From the NCBI GenBank assembly GCA_973895155.1, contig OZ316892.1:20285869-20349868 (forward strand): DNA of 64,000 nt, read 5' to 3'. The notes beneath the pieces are model-generated. The model saw only the letters and a program-made list of their open reading frames with translations, was not told where the DNA came from and did no database searches. Below, piece after piece: positions 39,021-52,970 of the stretch. The DNA is from Marsupella aquatica. Lineage: Eukaryota > Plantae > Marchantiophyta. The stretch's first letter is position 1. Every line of letters begins with the position of its first letter. The position numbers and the translations under genes are program-made.

Positions 39021-42000
39021 GGTAATCCTTTGCTAGCCAAAGTAGCCTGATTACTTTTGACTTTTTACCCTACATTTCACCGGTTCTTTAGGGCTTGTGT
39101 GATCCTTTGTATTGGGCGAAGGCCCTTTTTACCCTACCTTGACTGGTTCTTTAGGGCTTGTGCTATCTTTTGTATTGGGCGGAGGCCTTAGCCCCTATCT
39201 CTCTCCTCATTACGGACCCCACTAGAGATCCCTTCCAAAATTCCTGGCACCACAGCGTGCCACATCAACAACAACCGCAACAAACAAGACTCGTCGGTTT
39301 TGTGAATCAAACTTATAGTTTTCATTCGTGTTTGTGTCAATTTGGGTGTAAATTTTGGGACGTCGTGCCGTAAAAAGAAAAGTAAAAACATTGGAAATGC
39401 AAAGAGCAAGACGGTTAAAACTGTCACTATGTAACCGTTTTATTTACATTTCCAATTTTAAAACTTAAATTCAAAGATTTATAAAAAGTATTTTTCATAT
39501 AATAAATAATGACTAATAACTAACTTGATAACTTCTTTGTTAAACCGCAACTCCCGGTATGTAAGGACCTCTCGTATTGTATGGCCATTAATGCTGGGAA
39601 GAGCACATAGAAACCCAGGATCGGGGAGGAAGAATGGTTGGAATCTTGAAAGTTCATCGAATTTTATACTCAAAACTATTTACTCATTCTCAAAACAAAA
39701 AATACCCAGTCGTAGATCTCATTGAGATCTTTCTTTTGCACCCTAGATCGCCTTCTAAAAGGATGAATAAGGTTTTTAGAGGCATTACAAAATGGACGGC
39801 AAAGATCGTAAAATCAACAAAATCGACGGCTAGGAAGGCTTGGATTTGTTTAATTTTTCATTTGAAAAATATTAACCCATTTACAAAACTGACAGAACCC
39901 ATCCATAGATCTATTTGAGATCTTTCTTTTGAGCCATAGATTGGCCATTATGATGGACGGACGAGCTTTCTGGAGATAAGAAATGGAGACGGCTCAGATC
40001 GACTCTTCCCCCTGATTTTATTAGCCAAGGGGTCCACGAACTAATTGCTTTCTTTAGACAGGTGTTTGTGGCACTATCCTTTGTAGAACCGAGACCACTG
40101 GTTTTAGAGTCTCCAAACAGATTCTATTTTGTGACCCTCCTATGTAGTTTAGTGCAGAGCTGGTTTCATTTCTCTGCCTAGTAAGATGTTAGGCTTCTAG
40201 TTCACTTAGTGGGATCTTGGGGTTGTTGTTCCTTTTTGGTCGTGGGGGACTCCTTGGCATGTTGGACCACTTTGGTCTTCTAGGGGCGTATTCCCCATCA
40301 TTTTCCCTCCCTTTATTGGGTTGCTTTGCCATTGGTACCATGTCTCCTGGTTTTGACATTTTGGTCCCTTTGCACTGTGATGTATACATTATGTTCCTTG
40401 AAGGGTAAGTAAAGATTGAAGACAAGAAATAATATTGCAAAATTTTATCCCTGCCTTGAACATCAATAGAGATGAAGACAAAAAACAATCATATGCTAGT
40501 TCTCCGTCATCTTTGCCCCATCTTTGGTTTTATTGTTCACCCTCACTCTCAGTTTTGTCCTTATTTAGAGTCCCCGTCAGTTTTGTCCACCTTTGCCCCC
40601 CTCCATGTTTTTGTACACCCTTGCTTTTAGCTTTGTCCTTATTCAGAGTCATTGTCAGTCCTTAGTTAGAGTTAAGGTCTAGAGGCCCCACTCTAGAGTG
40701 TAGCCCGTAAAGTAGCTTTGCATCATGATTTATGAGTAAGATGTCTTAAGGAAATGTAGCAATTTTGGGAAAATATCAAGGTCATTTGCCAGAAAAATAT
40801 TGGTTTGTCATGGTGCAATTGGCCAAAAACACCACCCTAACTGCCTCCCCGCCCTCCATCTCACCATCAGTTTGTAGTTCTCACTAATTGTGGATCGCAC
40901 AGGCATAGGCTCGTTAGCAGCTGATTGTGGACATATGGACAGTAAGAATCCTCTCCGTTGAACATCCTTCTCACTTCCATTTCTAATTGATATTTTGGGA
41001 CATGTCTGTCTTGAGAAAAAGGCTTAAAGGCAACAGTTTATAAGGGATTTCCAGGGGGTAATCGAGGGGGTTATTATTTTCAAGTAAGGGCGCTCAGAAG
41101 GCCAATTTATTCAGTGCTCAGTAGTGGCAAAAGTTAGGAGTGACAGCAGCAGGTGCGGGTCTTAGGATCAACAGGAGTTTCAGCCATCAGATCAGGCCAC
41201 AGTTGGATCATTTTGAGTTAACCTGGGTTTGTGTGACACTAGTTAAAAAAGCTGGAAAAGTATTCATTAAAATAAATAAAAGTGTCAGAGTAAATGGTTT
41301 GACAAAAACAATGACAACCTAGTAAATGGTAGGAGAAGTGGCTAATCCTATTCAACACCAAAGCACTCCATGTCATGTGAAAGTTAGAATGGTAACCTCG
41401 ATGGTAACCAACTTAGATTAACTCCGAATAATCAAATGACCAAGTATATAAGAGAGCTTAAACCCCCTCCATCAAAAAATGACAACCTAGAAAATCTCTG
41501 AACCACGGGCTAATCCTCTCTAGCTTAAAACAGTGTATGATTATATTTTCATTCACGTCACTAGTAGATGAACATGAAATATGAGGGACCCTCATTTACC
41601 TAGCTCATGAGAAATGCAGGTAAGAAAGGTGAAATGAGCTCAAAGAACCAGAATCTGAGAGGCAACATTCACACAAAGGGAGTCAGAGATCAAATATGCA
41701 TACTGGGATCCTAGCAAAATTCCAAATGTAGCCCAAGTATAAGCTAACTTAGGAAGCAAAAAAGCTAGGACTAAAGCCTCTTCTAGAGCATTCACAAATG
41801 TAAATGACAAGCAAAGAGATAGCAATACCTACTAGTGAACCTAGTACCTCCCCGAGTACCTCCAAGACCTCCTCCTGGACTTCAAAACTTGGACATTTTG
41901 AATCTGATTGTAGTGTGCGGAAAGTGCACCATTTTATACTCTACTATGATGGACTTGAATCAACCTGACGCAGTCTACGGTCTTAAAGAATGAGAGAGAG

Positions 42001-42349
42001 CCAAGATCTTCAAGAGGACAAAGTGACATCAAAGAATTGATAGCTATTCTTATCTTATCTTAACTAGCCAAAAGTGTTGGGCTTAGGGACTCAAGCAGAC
42101 AATCATTCTTCCGACCCTTCATGTGTGATTAAGTATAGGTTTTTTCATTGAGTTGGGTGAAAGGCTTTTAAATTTTTATCGAAGAATATTATGGGTGTTT
42201 TAATTCACTTTTGAGAATTATAAGAATCATTGTGTTTTAAAATCAAATTTGGGAATATTCCAAAAATATTCCAAAAAGTTAGGGGTAACACAATTCAAAA
42301 AAACTTTAATAATTTACTTATGTTTTCAGGTGTTCATTCCTCCAAAACT

Positions 42350-45300
42350 TTGCACAAGATATAGAACCCCCCGTTGGAGTGAGGCCCCCAAGTTCTCAAA
42401 GCAAGTATACTTTCCCCAAACATCGTGCTAGACATCCACTGAATGAAGATGTATATCTAGCCTGGGTTGCTCTAATATCAACAATGCCTGTCTCACATTC
42501 TCCCATAATGCCAACTACCATGATGTGGAGACATGCAATCAATGTAGAATCTACTATGATGGCACTATTTGAGGCACAAACATAGAAAAATCTTTTGCTG
42601 ATAGCCCCACTGATAGCAATGGGTGAACACACAACAAACTCTTAGTCATGGCTAACACACAAGATGCTCCTATAAATCTGAGAGACTGGAGTTATTGGAG
42701 TTATTGGATTATCCCTACATCAATTTCCTCTGCATCAATTTAAGAAGGTGCACAACCATGACTAATCATGCTATTAGCTGAATAGTCACACACTTGCCAC
42801 AACTCCTACGCAGCCCACAATGAATCCAAGCTGTAGTCCGCCACATCTAGCATGGTGATCACCAATTGAACCGGCCTACTGTTCAGACCTCCATATGCAT
42901 TGATGGGAGAAGCAACTTGGTAGAGACCAATTTGTGCTTGACTATGTATAGTTATAGTTATAATTAAAATTAGCTTCTCATCCAGTAACAAGAGAAACCA
43001 ACATGATTCTAGAAACCAGGAGATTTGTCTCCATGTCTTACAAAGGAGGAATGTCCTCCAAAATAATGCAAAAAATGGGGTCGTGGTAATTGCACATAAA
43101 AAATGAACAACCCAATCAGTAGGAGACACAACACTTAGTGATATAAAGAAACACTGGGTTAGTGTGGAATGGAAAATACGTTCAACTACATGTCTGTAGC
43201 ACAATCCACCATATGTTACTACTTTTTGATGTGCAATTAGTCCGGACAGGCCAGAAAATGGTTGGTAAAGTTAACTTTTATTGGATAAGGTTAACTGTTC
43301 TCAATCCAAGTGCCCCCCTCCACACATTCTCACCCACCATCCACCCAACATTGGGACTTGGGCCATTCTTGACCATGACATCCCAGTACTTGCACACCAA
43401 CATACAACATATTATAATTATTGCCTAGCATGTAGACTAGGGACAGGTGGCAACATTTGAGACACTATCTTGCCAATTTAGCTTCTCCCCCCCCCCCCCT
43501 CCCCCACCAATAGGAGGAGCATCAGGTATGTAGCTAGAATGTGGAGACAATTTAGGGTAAGGGTTGGCCAGGGGGTTTGGCTAAATTTTGGCAAGCTGCA
43601 AGTTGATGCCAAGGAGATCATGTGGGTTTGTATGAAACCTATCTTCGTTTTGATTTATATGCATATTTGCTTTAACCCTAGTATGACATCAATAGTGCAT
43701 CAGTTTCAGGGGGTATCACCTTGTAGCTCAATTATTTTGGTGTTACCTTGTGTTTGGGAGCTTACTCAGGTCACTTTGTCTTATTGAGATTTTTGAAATG
43801 TAATTTATTCTAGACAAGGTATATCCTTTGTATTTTTGTGTTTTGGAATTATTGTTACCCCACTCTTAATGTTTTCAAATTTCTTGTTGGAGACCCCTCT
43901 TTAGGTCTATATTTCTTTTTCAATCATGTCCATCCTTTGTTAGAATATGTTGTTTTATCTTTATATTCAAGTTATATTAAATTGATTCTTCATATACTAT
44001 AGATACCTAGACCCTAAGCTATCTATTCCCAAGAGTATGATGGAATCCAAGAGTTGTGCACCCCCTCTACTTTTAACTAGAGCTCAGAGTTATGTTTTTT
44101 AAGTTTATGATTTCGAGTAACTTACTGGTCGCTACCCTAAGTCATTATGAGTAAAAGAGGCCCACCATTTTTTTGAAAGGGATTCACAATAGTTTAGAGG
44201 CTAACACTCACTTGTCTACTAGAAAACTGGCACGTGGGGATAAAAGTGGGGCCAGCACTTTGTAAAGGAATAAGAGGTGAAGAGAAGACACTTTGTAAAG
44301 GAATAAGCATTGAGGCACAAGTACCAAGTCACCCAAAATTAATTTATTCTTGCTTTAAAGGTTACTAAAAAATCTATCCAAACTCTAAAAAGAAATGATT
44401 AATAACTCTTCTCCACATGGGAATCCTTTTAAGCGGGAAACACTACAAGGGTGTGATGTGCAAATGTACATCAAGGACATGTACATGTAACTGATTATTT
44501 GGTTATTGACTACTTTGGTTTCAAAAATTTTGGGCAACATTCAGCACACTGGGATCCAAACAAGTCTGGGTGGGGGCAGCTCGGCATATTAAGCAGACTG
44601 ACAAAGAAACGAGTACAAAAAAATGAACAGAACAGTCCAACTGTTGAATTTGCATTAAGCTTTGTAAAGGGCATGGTGTTCCTTTTCGACAAGTTTGTGA
44701 ACCTAAACCCTAATGCAAGGGCAACAACAACTAGCAAAGAGACAAGCACAAGGCACTATCATCACACAACTTCCTCCCCCTTGCTATTGAGATATTTGAG
44801 ACACTCCATCATTTTGATGGGCTCCTTCAACAAGCTAGGCAGCTTGTATCATTCATGAAGAGGCGGGTTCCATTGGACAACCACTTTCTGATTTGAAAAC
44901 CCACTTTCATCAGTGTATTTTATTGATGCTACGACATGCTCAAGCTCAAGTGATCTATTGCATATCCATAGCCACACGTGCTAGTGTGCCTATATAGAGG
45001 CTTGACGCCTTAGAGGACATCCATGTCCAACTTGGAGACTTAGTTAAAATATTAAATGTGGACCATTATTTATTACAATATGACATTGGTAAATCTGTTT
45101 CCTGTTGATTTTCTTTTACTTGTAGGTTTTTGGGGTTTCCCTTTGCACACTTCTTTTAATTTTGATACACTTTGGACCTCTTTTGCTTTCTCCTCATCAT
45201 ACTTTGTTTGGGCTACTTTGGTAACTTCGTAGGTCACATTTTTAAGTAATTTGTATGAAAGTGGTGTACATTAAGTGATTATTTGGTTACTACCTCTGGT

Positions 45301-45750
45301 TTCAAATTTCCAAGTGTTGGATTTGCATTAGTTATAGAGAGAATAATGTTCACTTTACACAATGTGATACCTCAGTTGTTAGTACTTTGTATCACAGTAT
45401 GGAGTGTGATGTACATCAATATATCTATAAGAGATTATTTGGCAGGCTATTTGGCAGGCTATTTGGCTAATAATGAATTTGGGCTCAAATTTTCCAAGGG
45501 TTGCATTTGCATTTAAGCTTTCAAGGGGGCAACCAAATAATCCACATATTGCACATGTGTGCATCATTTGGGATGACAACTTTGTGGAGAAGACCAAGGT
45601 AGAGCTCAATGCTCAACTTTTGCAATAGGGTAGCTCCTAACTTTAAGCAATCTTCCCCAAATGGCAATACAAATATTTTAGTACTTAGCAGGATCTTTAT
45701 CAGTTCTCGCACCTGGACATCTTTGTATCTCATGAACATTTATTTTCACC
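42350..45750 (-). mobile_element. CpG-depleted region with possible decayed Mutator/MULE transposase fragments
   Basis: Weak minus-strand remnants: AIIVDST...HIMVV (MULE-domain-like, ~42450-42600) and TCGYGYAIDHL/EHVVA (SWIM-finger-like, ~44930-44990). Their order is not that of a single intact element. Judged by eye only. Confidence 0.25.
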
Positions 45751-46100
45751 TTGAATTCTTTTACTCATTTTGATATCTCTATCTCTCATTGCCAACTCGC
45801 CTCAAGGCCATTTTTTTGTCTTTAATATCTTTTGTGTAGTGTAATGCATAGGCATTGGACTAGTTTAATTTGAATATAAGAATAAAAATAACACATTATA
45901 GCAAAAGATTCCCCAAGATTAAAAAATAGATACAACTGAAAAGATGATTCTTAAGAAAGAAAATTAAAAATATTAAAAGGATATTTAAATAATTTGAGAG
46001 TCTAAAAGTACAAAAAATGCACTTTGTCTAAAATAAATTGAAACAAAAATACATATCAAAATCTCAATAAGACAGAATAAGCTCATTCACTAGGATCAAA

Positions 46101-49100
46101 TCAATCTCCAGAAATGGCTTTCAAGAAGAGCTCGTTGAACAAAGCTGGTTCATCCCACATTGGCCAGTGTCCACTCTGTAAACACCACAGAACACCGAGA
46201 AAAAAATTTATTAGACAGAGCAAAAAGTCTGTGATAAGATAACGAAGAGAATGAAAGATAAGTGGAGATTTTTGGATACAGAAGACCAGAAGACCAGGGA
46301 GCTATCTGGCTTTGAATCATGCTTGCCATGCAGGAGAGTCCCATAGAAATGAAACAACATGACTGACAAGGATATTCGCCCTCTGGCCTGACAACCTACA
46401 GCACCTGAACCCTCATGTACGAAAACGATCTGGATTTTAGCCACATGCACTCTTTCGGCCCGAGGCATTTGGGTTGACAAAAACCAGCAGCCAGCATTGA
46501 TCAGAAATCACAACTAGAACTCCTGCACGAGGTTCACAACAGTACTGCGTACCAAGGTATTATTGCAGAATTTACAAACCTTGGAAAGATGCACCAGCTT
46601 GAACTTAGGAGCTTTCTCTTTGTCAGTCTCTGCAACTATTGGGAGGAGATAACGATCTTGATCACCCCATATCGTTGTTACTGGGCAGCTGACAACTGGG
46701 ACAGTTCCATCGGGACGACTCCACATACCTTGAAACGCTGCACGATAGTATTGGATGCCACCCATTGGACCTCCGGATCGTATAAATGCTTCTGCTGTCC
46801 TGCGAGCCACCCATATCAAAAAGTCATACGGAAGGAATTCATCATTGTGAACACCTTAGACAATAAACGAGAAGAAAGTGGCTTGGAAACATTTCAGTCT
46901 GGTTGAAATTTCCACATCAACCTCGCTATGCGAACACAGACGTCACCACTAGACTGACTGTGATTTCCTCTGAATTAACTAGCACGCAAGGAAATTTGAT
47001 GACGGGAAATTCTCTTCCACAACCTCCACAAAATGGACCACAAGCGCTGATATTTGTGCCAATTGTATGGATCCATACTGGGCTGTCAGACTGACTGTGA
47101 TTTCCTCTGAATTAACTAGCAATCAAGGAAATTTTGATGACGGGAAATTCTCTTCCACAACCTCCACAAAAATGGACCACAAGCGCTGATATTTGTGCCA
47201 ATTGTATGGATCCATACTGGGCTGTCTGGTCTACTTGACGTGCAATGCATAAAATGTATGAGAAAACAGAAATTCTCAATGCGCAAGAGAGAGCGAGAGG
47301 AATCAAGAACGTGAGAGAATTGTTCATTTGAGTTACCCAATAGGAGTGATCAGGAAGACCTACAACATTTAAGGTTGATAATTTGTTTAGTAATACATCA
47401 AATTTGTTTAGTAATATCTCTTGAATTACTAAACAAATTATCAACCTTAAGAGATCCTGTCCAATGAATCCCAAAAACTGAGCTTATGAAAGTCATGTTC
47501 ACAACCAAAAAAGAGAAATGCAAGAAGACTAGGCTTCCTGGAGCTTTAAATTAACAGAGAACCAATAGATACACGTTCTCCTTGAAGACTCCCTCACACC
47601 CGCCCTGATATTATCTAAAGACAGCAACATAATTGACCGAATTTCGATTAGTACAGAGAACCCACCGTTCAATGTCTTCATCTGTCGCTCCTACAGATGC
47701 ACCTTTGAAGCTATTGATACCTTTCACACTACAGTGACATCCGAACAAGGCAATGTGAGAGAGCAAAGAAAGATAATCCTCACATCAAAACATACCTTTA
47801 ATCAAAATGCTATTTCGATCTCGAATACTTTACCGCATTGTACGCCTGGGACCAATTTGTGAAATTCTTGACAAAATATATGCTCATCTCGCAAACACAT
47901 AAGAAAACGACAGGTGAACCCTGGAACAATTTAAAGGTCTGGAGGTCTGAACCTACACTGCGTTTGTAAAGCACCAATCGGGTAATATAGATATTTGGAA
48001 AAAACCTGCACAGACAATTGATATTCATTTAATTTACGCTAAATGAGGATTACAGCACGCTCAACATTGGTCCGAGACATGAGGTCGTGGCAAGGAATCG
48101 AGAAACGACGAACTACAGGCAAAATCTCTAGGCTGTTGCCGCCGCGAGGAAGTTCTAGTGAAATGACTTTTGAAGAAATCCCTTCGTTTATATTCTATTA
48201 TGGTTGATATCATCGTCGGGAAATTCATGGTTGAGAGGCTAATCTATTTTGAAATACTGAGTTACATCTCCCATAATTAATCATGATTGGAAAATTTACC
48301 TCTCCCACAGAATTTTTAACAAAGGGATTGTCATCAAGTACGAAGCAATTGAGCATTCAAGCAATCGGATCAGATCGCGAATTCAAGCTGTACACTTTGG
48401 TTAGCAAAGCCAATCCTTGCCATCGCGATCAATTCCTAGAAGATTATTAATGTCATAGCTGTACTCATTTAATAACCGAAGAATCTGCTTATCACTTTCA
48501 AACAAAACTACTGTATGGAAATGTTGACATAAACTCCTCATCGATGTAAGGAAGGATATAGAAGCTGGAGTAGCAACCTACCAATGTACCAACTCTTCAA
48601 TAGCTGCCGAAAATTGGATCCTAGAATCCTCTGGAAATCAGTTAAGCGACCCATATTTGCAAGCACCAGCTTCTCCACTTTAATGGGATAGTCCTCAGCA
48701 AAGGCCCAGGCAATAGCTCCTCCCCAGTCATGTCCAGCCTTTCCCACAACAATCCCGACACATCCAGGGTTGACAATTCTTTACATGTTCGTTGCATGAA
48801 TACTTTACATAATCCTCAAAATTAGTGAACGACCTCATAGTTTGGTGGAGTACATTTGTTTCACAGTTTACGATAAAATCCAGCCTTGACTTCTAAAGGG
48901 TACATCAATTATTCACGTGGAAATAGGACTGAAACAAAAGGAGCTGCACTTCCTACCAGAATCGCAGGCTTGCCAGCACCAAAATTGTCGATAAGTTTCT
49001 CGATATCCGTTAGTACCGCAGAGCGGCCATAATCTTTCGTGCTTTCAAACCTGGAGGAGCGATTGTAGCCTCGTAGGTCTGGAGCAATTACATGGTACCC

Positions 49101-49542
49101 TGCTTCCACCAGAGGCTTAAACTGGTTCCTCCATACAAACCAGTAGTTGGGAAAACCATGGAGTAATACGACCTATAACAAACAAACGCCATTATTGAGA
49201 AGTCTGAAACCGCTTAGGTTCTGTCACGTTTGTTACTGGTATCTTCACGGGATCCATTATATCACGACTTCAATTTATTTTTTCCTGTTCTCATTCTCAT
49301 AAAGCAGAGGCTTCAATGCATCACAACATTCTTGAAAAGGACCAAAGATATGTAGGGAAAGGTGCCAGACGGACCAGCTTCCCTTCAGAATCTCCGGCCT
49401 CAACGAAGTGAATCTTAACTCCATAGGAGCTGATCTCACCATGCCGCAAGTTGCAACCCTCCCAGACCTCTTCTTCTAATTTCGTAATTGTGACATGACT
49501 GGCCGAAACAGCAGTCTGGGCAGAGTTCACCGTCGCACTCAT
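46101..49542 (-). CDS. Epoxide hydrolase-like alpha/beta-fold hydrolase, multi-exon
   Basis: Exons give MSATVNSAQ...IHFVEAGDSEGKL|VVLLHGFPNYWFVWRNQ...IAPDLRGYNRS...AIL|AGHDWGGAIAW...LKSWYI|GFFQ...|...GIQYYRA...TIWGDQDRYL...|SGHWPMWDEP...ISGD* (TGA 46101-46103). The HGFP oxyanion motif, Asp nucleophile, cap tyrosines and Asp/His triad residues are all present. Small middle exons (47.6-48.0 kb) are only partly resolved. Confidence 0.9.
46951..47226. repeat. Intronic tandem duplication, 2 x ~137 bp
   Basis: AGACTGACTGTGATTTCCTCTGAATTAACTAGCA...GGATCCATACTGGGCTGTC occurs at 46951 and 47088 with only a few small indels or substitutions. Confidence 0.95.
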
Positions 49543-51593
49543 TCTGTGGATTATAGACTTGTTGAATTGATCTGCCACGAATTCGGAGATGCTATCAATC
49601 AATCCAAGCGAAGAATCACATTTGCATCAAGAATTGGTGCAACAAAGGTCCAGAATGCAAACAAATCAAGGTTCTAGCAATTAGATTGTTTTCCAAAATA
49701 GAGATCAGTCCTGCAAGGCATGTTTCAATCCAGCCCTGAAATTAGAATTTGAGTAACGAAAGAAGAACTGTATCAATGAACGCGGCAGATGTTCTTGTTG
49801 TTATTGCTCTATACATTTTGATTCAAATTGTGCACTCGTATCTGAATTGGCGATCTTTGAAGATTTCTAGCAAGGACATGAGATGAGTTCATGACCTGGT
49901 ACCATGACAGGGTACCAGCCTATTGCTTCTCGCGATGAGCTCTGCCATGCACTTGCCTGACGTGTTGGTACAACATGGAGCAATGCGTTATCTAGTTGCT
50001 GTATAATACAGCGAAATATTGGCTTTGTCTGTGTGTGAAGGCAAACTAGGCACGCGCAATGCCATCTCCTTGCTTTCTCGCTCCTTATCATGCGTATTAA
50101 TAGTTATGCGCCAATGTGGAAGCTTATATTAGATCACAAAAATTAATTCCGAGCATGTCAACACCCAATTGCAACAAGATATACGTCAAACAAAATTCAA
50201 ATTGGAGGGCATCTATCGCCGACAATAATAATAGTTTTGAACCGTCAACTGCAAATCCCCCAAACACTGTTCGACAGTTTGTGAGGAAAAAACGTTTGTC
50301 ACAGTCACAACCTTTTTCCTGAGTGCACACATTGTCCTAAGTACCAATAATACAATTGTCGTTTCCAGATGAAGCTTACCAGAGTTCAAGGAGAGCGAGG
50401 TTTGTGTTCGCATGGGTCGGAGGGAAGCAGAACAACTGGTTATAGATTTGGGAGGGAATCCCTTTGTGCGATCTGTGACATCTGCACGACAGTACCAAAC
50501 ACTGACTTCAGAATGTGGAATCGACAGGCTGAAAGGAAACAAAACTTCGACAGCAAAAAGTCCTTGGCGGGATCAATATACAAAAGGAGTGTGTTCAGGA
50601 AAACTTGCAACCCATTCTCCAGACCTTGGAGGCTACAACACGTGATTTTTGGTGAAGAGCCCTTTGAGTCCTGGGGACACCAAGGTAATCTTATAGGCAG
50701 CATCCCCAGTGCCTTATGCGAGTTGGCGTTGGATTGGGAGCTACGGATTCAGCAATTGAAAATTCTCTATTTTTTTGTTGGTTTGCAATGAAAATCTAGT
50801 GGCGAAATTTGACAGAATGTTGATGGAAAGCGTCAAAAGAAGGATTCCAGAGTATCAGATATTGCCTGTGAGGACGGGCTCAAGAAAATCGAGCACTATG
50901 TTATGGAGAGGAAGGTTATGCTGGGAGGTTGCTAATACCGAGGTTCAGGACTATATAGTACGAAGGAACAAAAAATACTCGGGATGTTAAGGCTGGTGGT
51001 GGTGGAAGGAATGCTCGTCCAAATCACGAAAGCAAAATGAATGAGCAGGTCCAGACGAGAAAAAGAGAGACGAGAAAGAACTAACACAATTTGTCTCTTC
51101 GCATGTAATTCATCGACGAAGCCCCAGCAGTGGGTGCAGCCTTTGCAACGAGCTTGCAACCGTAGCTCCGTCCCTTGTTAACGTAAGAAGAAAACTAGCG
51201 CGGTCATTACCGTAGACTTTTCATGGTTAAAAATGGCTCCACTGCTCACTCTGCACCACGGCCCTCATCTCTCTCTACTATTGCTCGGCCACTTTTGTGC
51301 TCTCCGCGCCTCCCTTCTCGAGGCAGAATTTTTAGCTCAATGTACTGTAAGTGGAAAACAGATCACGACACCTAACCATCATTCTTTGTCTTATGTTTAT
51401 CTCTCTGTCCCTCTCCCACCCCCTTGCCGTTACGGTATTATGACAAATCACACAGCGCCAATTATACAGACCAAACTCGCTCCTAAGCTTAGAGTCGTCT
51501 ATTGCTCCCTGCTTTTCCTTTCTGCCCTGACGAGTGTTTGAGATCTCATTCCATCGCTCAAGACTGTCTATCTATTATAAAGACCTACTTCGA

Positions 51594-51890
51594 ATGCACC
51601 TATTCTGCGCTCTCCCTACTACAAAGAATACTTCCGTTTCACTTCTTCGTTATTGTGTACCTCTCTCTAGTAGTTTTGATGCACCTATTCTACGCTCTCC
51701 CTATTATCAAGAATGCACCTATTCTGCGCTCTCCCTGTTACAAACAATACTTCCGTTTCACTTCTTCGTTACTCTGTACCTCTCTCTTGTACTTTTGATG
51801 CACCTATTCTACGCTCTCCCTATTATCAAGGATGCACCTATTCTGCGCTCGCCCTATTATCAGGAACTGCTTCCGTTACTCTGTAGCTCT
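51594..51890. repeat. Hierarchical tandem repeat with a 119-bp period built from a 34-bp core, followed by an (ACTC)n microsatellite at ~51915-51941
   Basis: Core ATGCACCTATTCT(A/G)CGCTCTCCCT starts at 51594, 51679, 51713, 51798 and 51832 (alternating 85/34 spacing). Confidence 0.9.
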
Positions 51891-52970
51891 TCTGTAAAAT
51901 CGAAGAAAAGCTTCTCACTCACTCACTCACTCACTCACTCACTTCTCCTGATAATGCAAAGGGCTGCATTGCCTTAATCATTCATCAGGATTCATTAGAA
52001 CGAAATGCTACAACGTCAATTATGCTCTCCCCTGCTCCGGAGCAACATAGAACGCCTTCAAAAACACAAGAGATACACTTCAAGAAATTGACTACTTACT
52101 GAACGGACCGGGCTGCCGCTCACCAATGTCACGACGCTCGTCCTCATGGTGCGTTCAGGACAGGAGAATCATGTCGGCATTCGGTAATTTACGATCCGCC
52201 GGAGGCAGCTCATAGTTCTTGATGGCAAACAAAAACCCGTCTCGATTCTTCGATGCAGCTCTACTACTATAGACCGAGTCTAGTAAAATTCCAGTGTAGG
52301 CAGGTTGCGGGGAAACCTATGTCGCCACTCCAATTCTCCTCGAATCCTCATCGAAGGGCATCATTTCTATCGATAGCGCTGGACTGGAAAAGCATCGTTG
52401 CTTTCCTCCGTATGGAATTTCGCTCCGCATTCTCCATCTCTGAAGCTCGATCCGAAGTTGCTCGGAAGATTCTTTATCTCATTTTGTTGCATTATTTTTC
52501 TGACCGTCAGACCGTCAGATCTCCTTAGATTTAAGGATGACCATTAGATTCTTGCTAATGCATTCTGCGAATGGGTGAAACGGGGTAATCATCATGACGA
52601 TCATCATAACCACTACAATATGGCTCATCTTCAGTTTATAAACTAGCGTTTGGAGTGAATATATCTTTGAGAGCTTTCATGTTTATTTTATTTCATCTTA
52701 TATTTGACTTTACTCAAGTATAATATACAAATACCCCCAAAATGGCTCAATATCATCCATTTAAAACAACCTTGTGGAGTGAATCTATGGCTTCGATTCA
52801 TATCTTTTCTCGCTCTTTATTGCGCCTTTTTAAAATTTTGTGATTTTATTTGGTTGTGAGATTATCTGGAATGGGGGTGACTATCAACTAAAGCAAAGGC
52901 GTAGGAATACATGTGTAGGCACTACAAGTCCCTCTAAGATTAAATCTAGACCTCATCATTTAATAGAAGG

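Noticed and set aside
51594-51890. CRISPR-like repeat-spacer array or 5S rRNA array (119-bp period)
   Set aside because: The intervening sequences are copies of each other rather than unique spacers, there are no cas genes, the context is eukaryotic, and there is no resemblance to 5S rRNA.
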